From positions 1-54,385 of the forward strand of contig CAJNYD010000237.1 of assembly GCA_905331295.1 (NCBI GenBank): a stretch of 54,385 nt of DNA. Reading direction: 5' to 3'. A model generated the notes under the pieces. That model did no database searches, was not told the DNA's origin, and saw nothing but the letters and a program-made list of their open reading frames with translations. Positions 12,434 through 24,967 of the stretch are shown here, one piece after another. Source of the stretch: Rotaria socialis (lineage: Eukaryota). A program made the position numbers and the translations under genes. Numbering within the stretch: position 1 is the stretch's first letter; the number at the start of each line of letters is the position of its first letter.

Positions 12434-13543
12434 ATGTCTGATTCGGAAGAAGAAGCCAATGAAAAGCAAATAAAAATTGTTATACTCGGTGATGGTAGTT
12501 CAGGCAAAGTATGTTACTAAATTTCTTTTTAAGACTGATGACTGTCATTTTAGACGTCGATTTCTGAAAGATTCTCAAAGGATTCATTCCATCGTGACTA
12601 TAACCAAACACTGGGAATTGATTATTATTTAAAAAGAATTAATTTAACACGTAAAAGTTAATTTAAATGGCTTGATGATAATGTCTTTTATCGTTTTTCA
12701 GGCTCCTATAATGTGACATTGGCCGTCAATGATGTGGGTGGTCAAACCTTGGGTGGTGCTATGTTGGATAAATATATCTATGGAGCCGATGTAAATTTTA
12801 ATAAACGAATTGCAATTTATGGAATTGCTTTTTTCTCTTATAGATTGTTTTACTTGTTTACGATATAACAAATTTGCAAAGTTTTGAAAATCTCGAAGAT
12901 TGGTATTCTACTGTATTGAAATATTGTGCTGGCCGAAAACCATTATTTGTACTTGTTGGGAACAAAAGTGAGTCGATAGGAACATTCTTCAAATATTTAT
13001 TTTTATAGAGATTCATTGCGAGAGATTTTGTATGAGCAGATGCCAGAAATTATATCCTTAGATTTTCTGTGGGTTCATCAAACAGATCAGCGAGAATAAT
13101 TATGAAGTGAATAAGAAAAAAAAATGATCTGACAAAATACCGTACTTCAAACAAAAAGTTTAATATTTACCGGTCACGCTATACTGTTCAGAATTCTTCA
13201 TTATATATCAAGACATGATCGTAAAAGTTTATTTAAAAAAAAATAATCATTTTTAGATGATCTTCAACATTTACGTGCTGTTAAAGCTGAAAAACATCAT
13301 GAATTTGCCAAAGATCGAGACATGTTAGCATATTTTGCTTCGGCTAAAACTGGAGAATCGATTGAAACTATATTTCGTCAAGCTGCAGCTCATTTAATGC
13401 ATATTGTGCTACCGAAAACTGATACTGATGCAACGCCGATTATAACAGCAACAATTGTTCGACAAGAACCACAAAGTGCCATGTTTGATAAACCCTTGGC
13501 AACGCCAAATCGCACGCGAACATCTATTTGTAGTTTACAATAA
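12434..13543 (+). CDS. RAB28: Ras-related protein Rab28 (ciliary small GTPase)
   Basis: Exons 12434-12508, 12554-12650, 12702-12790, 12844-12967 and 13257-13543. N-terminus [23 protein letters not shown], Rab28-specific [27 protein letters not shown], and a C-terminal CaaX box CSLQ. Confidence 0.93.
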
Positions 13544-14098
13544 GCTTTTCTTTTTTTTTACGTTTACGTATAGATTTTGTGCAATTTAATTTGTGAACTT
13601 TTCTTTTAACGTAGGAATTTTCACGCCTTTAAGGGAAAATAAAAGTTTTCTGAAAAATATTGAATACTCAATTTTTTATGGACATATTGATCCAAGGAAT
13701 CTTAATGTGGTCATATCTTAACAATGGCTAGAAGAATTGAACTGAAAGTTTTTATAGACAAACTTTAATGAGCCCAATTTACGATGAGTAAGTTTTGATT
13801 GAAATGAAATAGACATCAGCAATTATTACCGCATGGAAGAACACGGAAAAATGAAACTCGAAAAAATAATTTACCTAACTGTATCGTTCCATTTTTTGAG
13901 AGAAGTCGTCTAAAAAGTGGGAGTTTAACACTCCTAGTTGCACCCCATGCCCACTCTCACAATGATAGCTACATCATGTTGCACTTTTTTAATTCCGAAA
14001 TGATCGTGTCTGCAGCTTTCTTTCATAATTATGAAATAAAAAAATATCTAGCTTAGAAAAACATCACGAAAAGAAGAAATTGTTTTGGACTGATTTGT

Positions 14099-14979
14099 CT
14101 AGAAGCATTTCATAAACCCTTTCAGTAAATGGTTGAACGCTTCCAAAGCCTTGTTAAATATTTGCAAAAGTTTCTTCAAACGACTATTTGGGCTTAAACG
14201 TTCCGCTTGCTCTTCTAGTAAGCTTAACTGTGATTGCATCGATTCTAGAGTATTGCTGCGCTCACGCAAAGTTTCGACGGTTGCTGGCAATGCTTGCAGT
14301 CTATTCCGATGTTCTTCGATTGCATCAACACACTGAATAGCGAGGTGATCTTCGCACAACGCAGGATCTTCGTGCACAGCCTGACAAATACTATGCCATA
14401 TTTCGTTATCAGCCGCTTGGCAAGCCACATATGTTGTCACTATCTCTCTTTGCATGGCACGTAGATCAGGAGCCAAATGCTCTCTCTGCTCTCGAGTGAG
14501 CATTGCACTGAAATTAAGAAATGACATGAAATTTATTTCAAAATGAATATGTAAATAATGATAAGAGCAAGTGATGATTTAATACTGCTCTTCAAGTATT
14601 ATTATCAACGAATTGCTAACCCTCGATATGAAGTACGTATCGAGATGTGACTAATGCAAAAAATTATCAAACCCTAACTTGAGATTGTTGGTCACATTTC
14701 CAACGTGACCGATGGTACGGATGGAACCTCGCGCTGCATCGTTGATATAAAGACCAATACTACGAAGGCGTTGTATAAGTGAGCTTATTGGAGTTGAAAC
14801 TTCCGTTTCGCTACTCATTGCTAAAAATAAGCTGCGAGATAATTCACACTCTTGTAGAGCGTCGTTGATTGCTGGAGAAAACAAAGGCGCAACTGTATGG
14901 TTATTGGTAGTAAGCTGTCCACCCTGTAAATGAATTCATAAAGTTAGTCGGATACATGAACATTTACTCGTTTTACCAT
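14099..14979 (-). CDS. Hypothetical ~218-aa helical/coiled-coil protein
   Basis: Model: ATG exon 14979-14977, exon 14923-14679, exon 14507-14099. GT-AG introns have compatible phases and total 657 nt. Starts MGGQLT. No recognisable domain. Confidence 0.6.
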
Positions 14980-15896
14980 TTCAGATAGCTTAGGAACCAG
15001 CTAAGTGTGGCGTTTGATTGTGGACTATTTGCTTATATTTTTATTAGTAGTAAATAGGCAACGTAGTATATGGCACACCTTGCTCTGCTTCTATTTATCT
15101 TGAAGATAAAAACTAAGAAAAATCTAGGCGTATGATGAGTTGATGCGATAAAATTTTTCCGTATGATATCTATAAAAAAAATACAGATTAGTTACTCGAC
15201 TAGTGAGCTTAATAATAGACACCATGAGATTACCCATGAAAAAGAAAATGCATTTATTATATTCTTTATAAAGTGATACTGATACTTCAGTGAATCTCTT
15301 TTCAATTGTATAATTCGAGTGTTTTTCGAAGTTAAATGTGCGATGCAAACAGTTTCTACGGGCCAACTATATTTAGTTCAATTTTTAGTCGATTTACGAT
15401 GGTCTAATCTACTTAAAATTTCCCGGTTCACTTACCAAAAAACAAACATTGAATTGTCATTATTAGATAGAGCAAAAAATAGATCATAATAGACTATTCT
15501 ACTATTCTTTACCCGATTGTTCTTGTTAAATTAAAAGACGAAAACCAACGTATTTCCTTCTTTATTGACAAACTTTTGAAATGTGGGCTTTCGTGTAATA
15601 CACTAGCATGGTTGAAATGAGAAGGACGAATAACACCATGGAAATGTACCTGTTCTATGAATAGCTGTCTTTATAGGTAAACGTACGCGATGTTTGAAAT
15701 ACAATAGTAGTCCTATGATACGAAATTCCTTTCACGCCTTATATAAACTATTCGAGAACAGCGATAATCAAATTATACGATTGAATAGATATTGGATCTT
15801 GAGAAAATATGACTACTTTTTTTCTAAAACACAAACTAGAGTCTATGACAATTCTAATCGACGAGAGTCATGTTAATGGCTATCCGCAAGGATGCA

Positions 15897-16663
15897 TTAG
15901 AGAAATAAGCGAGTAACTAATTCCCCCTTGAAAACAATAAATTGCACACGAACATTCAGCTCAAACAAGTTTCTCAAAAGCTTCTTAAACTGTTTTATAC
16001 TGCTTACCAGTTGGATACTACACTCGTCCGAGTCAGTGTATGTGGACGTTTGGCTGCCGATATGAGGTTGGTATAAGTGAACGAGCGAAGTAAACACTGA
16101 CAACCATGCTCGTATGTATGTCTCGGTCGTAGATTGACGAAACGAGTATTACCGCAGTGTGTGAGTGTTTAGAATGTGAAAGTTGTGCACTGTGCCAAAG
16201 CATAATCTGGCTCAGGTATTCTTTCTAATGTAGCTTAATATTAGAAATAAGACCAGGTAATATTTCATGCAGCACGGTTGCTATTGCGAAATTGAATATA
16301 CGCCAATGAACGCACGCCCTCTGTGGAAAATTAAAAGAAGCGAATTCAAGTGGTAATGCCTTGGCTTCTTGTAATGATTGGCACGACTAATCACTAGTAT
16401 CACCAAGACATAGCATTTCATACTCTAATGGTGCGTGAATCTCTTGCAAGCTTCTTTTATTGCAAACAGATCTGACGATAATGTGAAGCTTGATGCAAGC
16501 AAATGTGATGATAAATAAAAGAGGCTAATAATACGCGTGATGAAACTTGGTTTCTACCAAGTATCCGTCAAATTTGCTCGCTGAAATGTTCTTATAACAT
16601 AATGACGAGATAAGAATTGCATTACGAAAACAGCAAGATAACATGCCAGCTTTTGCACGGTCA
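15897..16663 (-). pseudogene. Probable decayed coding sequence of unknown family
   Basis: GC-elevated tract with protein-like frames (SLQEIHAPLEYEMLCLGDTSD*SCQSLQEAKALPLEF...ILPGLISNIKLH*KEYLSQI) broken by in-frame TAGs at 16389-16387 and 16227-16225 and by apparent frameshifts. Confidence 0.35.
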
Positions 16664-19013
16664 TTGTCTGTTTCAACAGCAGGTTGAGAGTGTAAATGTT
16701 GGTAAAGAAAAGAGTAGCGCCGATATCCACACATACCCATTGAACTACTGAGAGGAAATTAATTTTAGATACACTTTGATCAATATTCAATATTCATTTG
16801 TTCAATTGGATAATTAATTTCATAAGATTCTTGTAATTATTTTTTGAAGAATATGTATAATGCACATATTTTCTCAATTTACTTTATTTTTTAATTAATC
16901 CGACATTTCATTGATTTCTTTCACAAATTTTACCGGAAATGTAAAATAACTCCTTGCATCATATGTTTAGTATAGTTAAAGTAAATCTCATCGAGTAATT
17001 CTATTCATGCTAAAATAATATATTTGACTATAGATTATGAATAAAAACTATTATTATGGGTGTCGGCATTGGTGCAGACTGTTTAAAGTGGCATTCACAT
17101 CCACGTTCAACTTCTAAATTTGAATTTCGGTAACAACATATGAATATATTAAAATATCCTCGGATTTTGGTAACTTCATCATCAAACAATTCTTTTTATT
17201 TTTATCACGGTTCTTCCATTACGAAAATCAAATATCAAAGTTGTGATAGAAATCATAAGACAACATACAATAAATTATTTAACAAATTGTTAACTAAAAA
17301 AATTGATCAATCTATTACGAAAATGAAGTTTTCTTTGTGTGAAGTGGTCTATGCTAGTTTAAAGTGTAAATGGGGAACGGCAACTAACAAAAAAAAAATA
17401 GATATATCAAAAGAAACTGTTTAGACATAAGAAGGAAGTACTTTAAATGTTCGCTTTCTATCTTAACAATGACAGACTTCGAATAATCATCCTTTTCAAA
17501 CTTGAGCAGTCTTCAGACTTCTAAATAAAAATTAACATTTGCAATATTTGACGTCTAGTATAGAAATATTATTAAAAGCGCTTTTATTTTGTTTTAGTAG
17601 ATACGAACAAATGAATTTTCTTGTTCACTCATTTTAATTAATCTTCTTGTCATGTTCATCAATAAGATGTTACAAGTGTCTTTTATATCCCAAATGATCT
17701 AGAACATTTCTTTCTAACATGCCCAAGTGAACCAAGCGATTAATATATAAATTGCTTCGCTCGAGCTTTTTTTTCTCTCATTTAATTATGTTCTACCTGT
17801 TGGTATCTTTACTTCTCACTCGGAGTATAATGTTAAGAAAATTTGAATTGATGAAAAAGCATATTGACATTGATGCCATTACGTATGTTGATAGTAGTCA
17901 TCATCGGAAATAGCACAGCAAGAAATCATTTCCGTTGATGACACCATTTACACCTGCTTATATATGAATAGCAGCAGCAGGTCTAATCGTTTCGTGTGAC
18001 GACAGCAAATTATCATCATCGTTCATTGAAATCTGTATAGAAATAAACTCTAGACAATCAAAATTAATCAAACACTTCGTCAAGTAAGAAAACAAAAAGA
18101 AACACGACATTCGACGTTTCTCCTTCTTTTTCTTTCTTGCCATACTGCACAATCACGATTTTGAAGAGCTACTCATTAGAAGTATTTTCTTTCTTTTTCT
18201 CCTAGCTGAAAAATGTACTCAATTTAAGCATGCGGAAACGAAGATGAAGAATGACATGTACAGATATATTTGTCAGAACGTTCAGACAGATGTGATGGTG
18301 CCCATCGAGAATACACGACAGAAATTGGTAACACCTGAAAGTGCGAGAAATAACGGCGACTATGAAGCCGGTGTTTGGCAGTCAAGTTACGAATTCATTT
18401 TTCTCTTTCTCTTGGTCTTTTTTTTTTGTAAGAACTACCATGTTGTAGTTTCAAGTAGTCATCTTAACGTTCGGCAACTTTCATATTTAATTTGATCAGT
18501 CTAACATTCTTATGTATAGAGATCATCAAGCATTGTCCGCCTTTTTTCTCTCCTCATCCATTCCCAACGATGCTTCTTATTAAATTGATTTGGCTCAACA
18601 TGCTCGTCCCAATGAGACATTAGAGTATCATTTTGTTGAGGGGAAAAATGAATATATTTATCTTGAGACAAAGGCTACCATGTCATTGATGATTTGATTC
18701 AAAACAAAAATGATGACGTGTCCTTCTCACAGTTAATTTTCATGGCGTTTGATAAACATCTTAAGTTTTCTTTCGCTTTCTATTTTCAAATTGAAATATA
18801 TAATAAAAATCGTGCTTTCTCAATCAATTAACAATCAATAGAAATGTATCGCACAATAGAAGTTTTTTTTTTCGTCTTCGCCTATAAGAGAGAAAGAGGT
18901 AAGACTAAGGGCATGCATTTGCAAAGTGACACATGTGATTAGACTTTTGATGAATCAAAAGATACGAGGGAGAAAGAAAAAGAGCATTTCATACGGTAAG
19001 AGAGTAACAACGA

Positions 19014-19051
19014 CCAATGACGTAAAAGTCATTCGACCGTATAAATCAGTT
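19014..19051 (+). promoter_or_regulatory. Candidate core promoter upstream of FoxQ2 (CCAAT, CRE-like TGACGT, TATA)
   Basis: CCAAT 19014-19018, TGACGTAA 19018-19025 and TATAAAT 19040-19046 cluster about 450 nt before the ATG. Motif match only. Confidence 0.3.
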
Positions 19052-19488
19052 CGTTATTGAAGATTAAAATAGAAAAGAGCAATATAGTTCACTGAAATGA
19101 CAAATACGATTTCATAAAAATCACTGAAAAGTGTACCTTGTCATTGTAATTAATTAGGCTATTGGTTTTTTGTTTTTTTTTGCTTTCGATTTATCCAATG
19201 AGGATTTTATTCGAACGAAGTTTTCTATTTCGACCAATCAAAAAATGTATTTCTTCTCTTTTGATAAGATTAAAACAATGTTGCCCGATAGAGATGCGTG
19301 CTGTTTGTTTTTATCAAGCAAACCGCATACAAATATTTTGCTGTCTCTCTTCCTCTCTCGTTCTCTGCTCGTTGCTTATGAGAGCGAAGCGAACAAGAAA
19401 AAAAAAGCTCGAGAATCACATTAAATTGTTCTTTTTCTCTTTTTTTTACCAATCAAGTTGTTTGATATTTACATAAAACAAATATTTC

Positions 19489-20415
19489 ATGCAGAAAGAC
19501 TCAATAGACATTGCAAATTATCCGATGTTATTAGCTACTCAACAGCAACTTTTCGATTATGCAGTACGCCTTCGATTGAATGAATCGTTACCATCGAATC
19601 CGTATTCTTTATGTGGTTTTTATCAAAGATATGATCCGAGATTTTGCGAAGAACCGAAACCATCTCATTCGTACATTGGACTTATTGCTATGGCAATTTT
19701 AAGTTCGCCCGAACGACGACTTGTTCTTGCAGATATCTACCAATGGATATTAGATCATTATCCATATTTTCGTGCACGCGGTCCCGGTTGGCGAAATTCA
19801 ATTCGACACAATCTTTCGTTAAACGATTGTTTTATCAAAGCCGGCCGTTCAGCGAATGGAAAAGGTCATTATTGGAGTATTCATCCAGCAAATTTAGCGG
19901 ACTTTATTAGTGGAGATTTTCGACGACGGCGAGCCCAACGACGTGTTAGGAAAAGCATGGGTCTATCGATTCCGGAGGAAGAAGACCATGACGAAGAAGA
20001 AATTCTACCGATTAATGAAACAGAGCATCATTTGAACACGTAAGTTTTCTTTTTTCTGTAAGAAAATAGAAATGCAAACCTTTTTTTCCTCATAAACTTT
20101 AGCTCTACATCAAAGATTCCCATGGAAAATCTTCATTCTCACGTAACTGATCTGGCATTGTCGCCAACAGCAAACAATCATATTGGTCAATCGAATCTTT
20201 TACAACGTTATTTTGATAATGTACAACCTGTTGCCATATCTCGCCTAGAACAACATCTATCTCCGTTGAAAACTGGAAATCAACGAAAACGATGCTTCGA
20301 CGTCGATAGTCTTTTAGCACCCGAAGAGCCATGTTTAACCAAACGACAAAAATGCCATCTATATAAACACAACAACATTCATAGTTCATATTTAAAGTCA
20401 GACGGATACGCTTAA
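19489..20415 (+). CDS. FoxQ2: Forkhead transcription factor FoxQ2 (fd102C-like)
   Basis: Exons 19489-20039 and 20103-20415 (phase-2 intron). Forkhead domain KPSHSYIGLIAMAILSS...RGPGWRNSIRHNLSLNDCFIKAGRSANGKGHYW...GDFRRRRAQRRVRK is diagnostic of FoxQ2. C-terminal EH1-like motif FDVDSLL. Confidence 0.93.
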
Positions 20416-21471
20416 ATATCTGGTATTAGATTTTTGTTGCTGTTGTTGTTGTTGTTTTTAAATGTCTTTTCTTTTCGCTCTTAATCATCAATCGGGGTAG
20501 TATAATCATCGTTTTTCTATGACTCAGCAGGACTCATTTCTACCTACCAATCAAGTTGTTTGATGAGAAAAGAGGAAGGCGATTGCTATCGCATCTTCTG
20601 TTCATATTCAATCGGCGCCTAAACGAATAACAAAAAAAAAAAAACTAATTGTATTGTACTTATCTTTCCCTTCTCGCGTTTTTATTAAATATATCTGTGC
20701 ATTAGCACTGTATTATGAAAGTCAGCGATCGAGTTACTTTTTGTTAGAATAGAGAAGAAGTCAACAGCAGCATGCAACGATTGACAAAGGTGTGAATACA
20801 CATAGACACAGTATGGGTGAGAAATATTGTAGAAGAAATTATTTAATAAAAGTCATAATCCGTAAGAATTTCAAACAAAAAATAAAAAATTAACGATTTC
20901 AATTCTGTGACAACTTTAAACTTTAAGTGACATGTCCAACCAATTATGCCTTTCTTTTTGTAAAGAAATCATGAAATAGTTCAAACAAACTGAGAAGAAA
21001 TGAAACAATAAAATGTCATGTTCTATGATTGGCTCTACACAAATTCGATGATATTTCAAAATAGAATTCTATTGACAAGAAAAAGACAATTAAGCAAGAA
21101 AAAAAAATCATTTTTTCCTTGAAATATTATTGGTGCAATTAAGTTTCTGAATGTCGATTTGACCTTCACGTCAGTTTTAATTAATATGAGAACTTTTTTT
21201 TTTTTGTAGTGTACACAACATCACATGTTTATTTTAGTTTTAATAATGAAAAGAAATCTGAAATAATTTCAATAAAGACGAAAAAAAAAGCTCGACGTAG
21301 TATCACCAAATAAATATATAAAATAAAATTCTCTTGTTCGTTCTTGTGTTTTGTGCTGTTTCATATAGATAAAATATAAGCTCTTAAACGACTAGTAAGA
21401 ATAAAAAGAAAATAATATCATCTTTGACCGGATAAAAGAGCATATATTTATGCACGGGTTCGAGATTTTTG

Positions 21472-24400
21472 TTACTGTTTATCCGATGAAAAACCATATT
21501 TACGACTTAGTCGAGCTGGTGCTTCAAATGGATTGAGCCGACGATTCATATAATCATTATCGTTCATTTGTAAAGGACGTTTCGTACGTTGTAAAAGTGA
21601 ACTTTGATTCAACAATTGTTCTTGTCGTTTGATACGTGTTTTTTCTGCTGGTAAATTTGATGATTCGTTACGTCCATACCGTCTGTCAAGTTCTTCATCG
21701 TTCATATTCGATTGTTGATGTTGCTGACTGGTGTTCATTTGTGTCGGTACAATAAAATCATCTTCATATTCGGTCATCGGCGGCGTGCCCATCGATTTGC
21801 TCGGCGTAATATAATCATTGTATGGCACACGTGCATTTGTTGCCGCTGGTAGATTTCCCATTTGAGGTAGTTGAATGTCTTCGATGGTAGGTTCAGGTAA
21901 AATATAGAGATTTTTCTCCTCGTCATAACGAGCTTGCTCAATAATTCTATCTGTATTACAGTAGTTACAACTTCGCTGCATGACACGACTCATTTTTTCA
22001 ATCATCGTACGAAAGAGAAGGATTTTCTTTTCTTGTTCACGAATTGTATTTAAATATCCTTCACGTTCACGTTGAAATTCATGTTGTAAATCGGCATTAT
22101 CAGCTAGCAAACGTTTATTTTCGATTTTTTCTAACTCGAGATTTTTAGCCACGTAATGAATCTAAAGTATGAATCGTATTTTGTATAGAACGACAAATTT
22201 CTCAACTGTGAGATAGGATTCGAGTTCGAACTCAAAAGCATTTCTAGACTAAAATTGAGTATAACTCTCTCGGGTACATTCGAATACGCTAGAAAAAGTT
22301 GCGGTAACACTCCCCATATGACTAACCTCTTCTTGAGCATTATTGAAAACTCTCATCATGGCGTCATCGTCATCACCATTGATCACTTTATTGAAACGTT
22401 TTCGTTGTTCTTGTTTTTCACGCATTTCATTTAATTTCTTTTTACGCTTCTTTTTTCGTTCGTCATTATTTGCTTCTTCGCCACCGACAAGATTTTTTTC
22501 TAATTCTTGTAAACGTTCAAGTTTCTGTTGTTGTTCAAAATCATCGGTAGGTTCGAACGTAGTTTCACCATCGGCATATTGACCATTGGGTGTTCCGTCT
22601 CCATTACGTTTCTGTTTGTTACCTCCACCTTTCTTCTTTGTTTTGCCACGTTCAAGTTCAGGTGGTGCAGGTGGTGCAGATGGTGCAGGTGCTGCAGGCG
22701 GTGCAGGCGGTGCAGGCGATACATCTAAAAATATGAGACATTTTCTTATTCAAACAAAAAAGGCTTCATTTTACTTTCGTCTTTGGGTTGATCTACCGTT
22801 AAGGCATCAAGTTCAGTGTCGTATTGTGATTTTAAATCTTCATATTTTCGTTGAAGATCTTCTTTACTTAGACGTTCCGCTTCATATTGACGACGTATTT
22901 CAGATACTTCACGTTCATATTCAGCACGTAATCGTTCTCTTTCTCTTTCAATATCTTCTTCAAAGTTAACTGGAGGCTCCTAAAAAACAATTTAGCAATC
23001 GAACAATTTCTTTTGCGAGAGAATTTTTAGCAGGATACCCTCGAGACTTACATTACTCGGTGGCGGTTGTGGTTGATTTCCACCAGGTACATTTCCTGCA
23101 TGGACAAGTTCTTGTTTTAGACGATTGATTTCTTCTTGCAACAATTTCATTTGAGCATCACGCGGATCTTCATTAATGCGAGGCTTATTCTTAATATTTT
23201 TCGCTCGATTCGCATCTAAATTTGGAATATTTAATTTCGTATTAATAAATAAATTAGAAACTTGCATCGTAAAGTTGACAATGTTTCATCGTAATTATCA
23301 TGCGCAGGACTTACAGCTGCTATCTGAAAAATAAAATAAATATAACACAGTGCATCGAGCATGACTTTTACCATCAGTGTTTTCGTATTACCACCGAGTG
23401 AATCTTGTAAAAGACGCGTTAGTTTAGAATCTCGATATGGAATATGTTTCGAACGACCGTCGACCAGTGCTGAAATAACATTACCCAATGCACTGAGCGA
23501 TAGATTAATTCGGGTTGCTTCACGTAAACGATCGCCTTCCGCGTCTATTCATAAAATAAATGTATTACCACTCGATTTAAGAACAAAAACTTACGTGTTT
23601 TCGACTGTCGTTCACTACCGGCTAAATCAACTAAATTAAGTTTACCAGCTCGAATATGGTCTTTTCCATCGATGTCACTTTTCGAACACATTTCAGTAAC
23701 AATGGTAAAAATTGAATGCGATCGAGACGAATCTTTATTCATTAGAGTAGCACCTGTTGCACGATTTCGATTTCCTTTATCCATAAGACGTTCACAGTCC
23801 AATACACTTGCACATGGATGCCATGATAGATTTTGTACTAGAACGCCCTTGTCAACATATTCCTTCAAAAGCAACAAACAGAAGTCTTAATGGAAGGAAA
23901 ACAAAAAACATGTTGTTTACTTTGAGATCAAGTGTTGCTTTGACATCTTTTCCAAGTAGATCACGAATGCTTTCATTATAGATTTCGAGATAGGATGCTC
24001 GAATAAGATATTTAGTACCAGCTGCTACCGACGATGCTTCAAATATGTGCTAGAAACAGATTAGATATAGAATTCAAAAGCGAAAAAATTCTCTATCAGC
24101 TGGTCCGACAATCAAAAGTTCTAAAAGAACGTTTCGAACTTTTTTGTATACGGTAGAGTTTAAAATTTCCGGTAGAAATACTACAGTTCGATTTTTTTTC
24201 ATACCTGAATAGATTCTCTCTTACGCAGAAAATTGGAAGCCAACAGCAATTTCGATGTTCGAAATAAATTTTGCCTTTACGAACTTCTAGAGAAATCCTT
24301 GAACTCTCGCATTCATGAATATTTTGTACTAAGGCTTCTGACTTTGTTTAATTTTAATTCTACCGAACACATTTCCTTTCGAGTGTATCACATGCATGCA

Positions 24401-24967
24401 ATCCTACCTCGAATGATCGCGGTATAACGCCCCTTTGTGGGGAACCGGGTGCAGGCAATCCTTGCATTGTGAAGGATTTTCCACAGCTAAACAAGAAGAT
24501 ACATATTTTTATTCAAACAGAAAAATCTAGGGAACAATTATTTATACCCTGTTTGTCCATAGGCAAATACTGTTGCGTTATATCCTTCGAGTACCTAAAA
24601 TTCAAAGACAAAAAAAGAAAGAAACCATTTTTCTTTTATTCTACAAATATATTTCGTTTACATTTTCAACAAGTGGAAAAACTGATTCAGCATAGAGATT
24701 TTCAGTTATTGAATCCTCAGCATAAACAGCATCGAATGTGAATTGTTTTGGTGGTTCGTTACTTTGATCAATATTTTCTAACATAACTTGATTGGATTGT
24801 CCATTCATTAAAACTATCGTCTATAAATAGATTTAAAGAAAAACTCGTTGTAGTAGAGACTTATGTATGATGTAGGAGAGTTATCTTGCTTTGCATTGTA
24901 AATCCATTTCACGTTGGTTCATCGGTCGACATCGTACGATAACCCGGACGGTCTCACTGGCTGCCAT
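21472..24967 (-). CDS. KIF17: Homodimeric kinesin-2 KIF17/OSM-3
   Basis: 12 exons: 24967-24890, 24820-24662, 24594-24548, 24486-24408, 24049-23921, 23862-23595, 23544-23372, 23323-23266, 23215-23052, 22979-22775, 22724-22327, 22161-21472. Motifs [21 protein letters not shown]-loop [44 protein letters not shown] and stalk LVGGEEANN. Confidence 0.9.
22661..22718 (-). repeat. Coding 9-nt tandem repeat giving a Pro-Ala-Pro linker in the kinesin stalk
   Basis: GGTGCAGGC-like units on the + strand translate on the - strand as [20 protein letters not shown]. Confidence 0.85.

Noticed and set aside
22343..22969. Plus-strand ORFs with CRWCRW or GGAGGA repeats
   Set aside because: Antisense shadows of the kinesin Pro-Ala repeat and coiled-coil exons.
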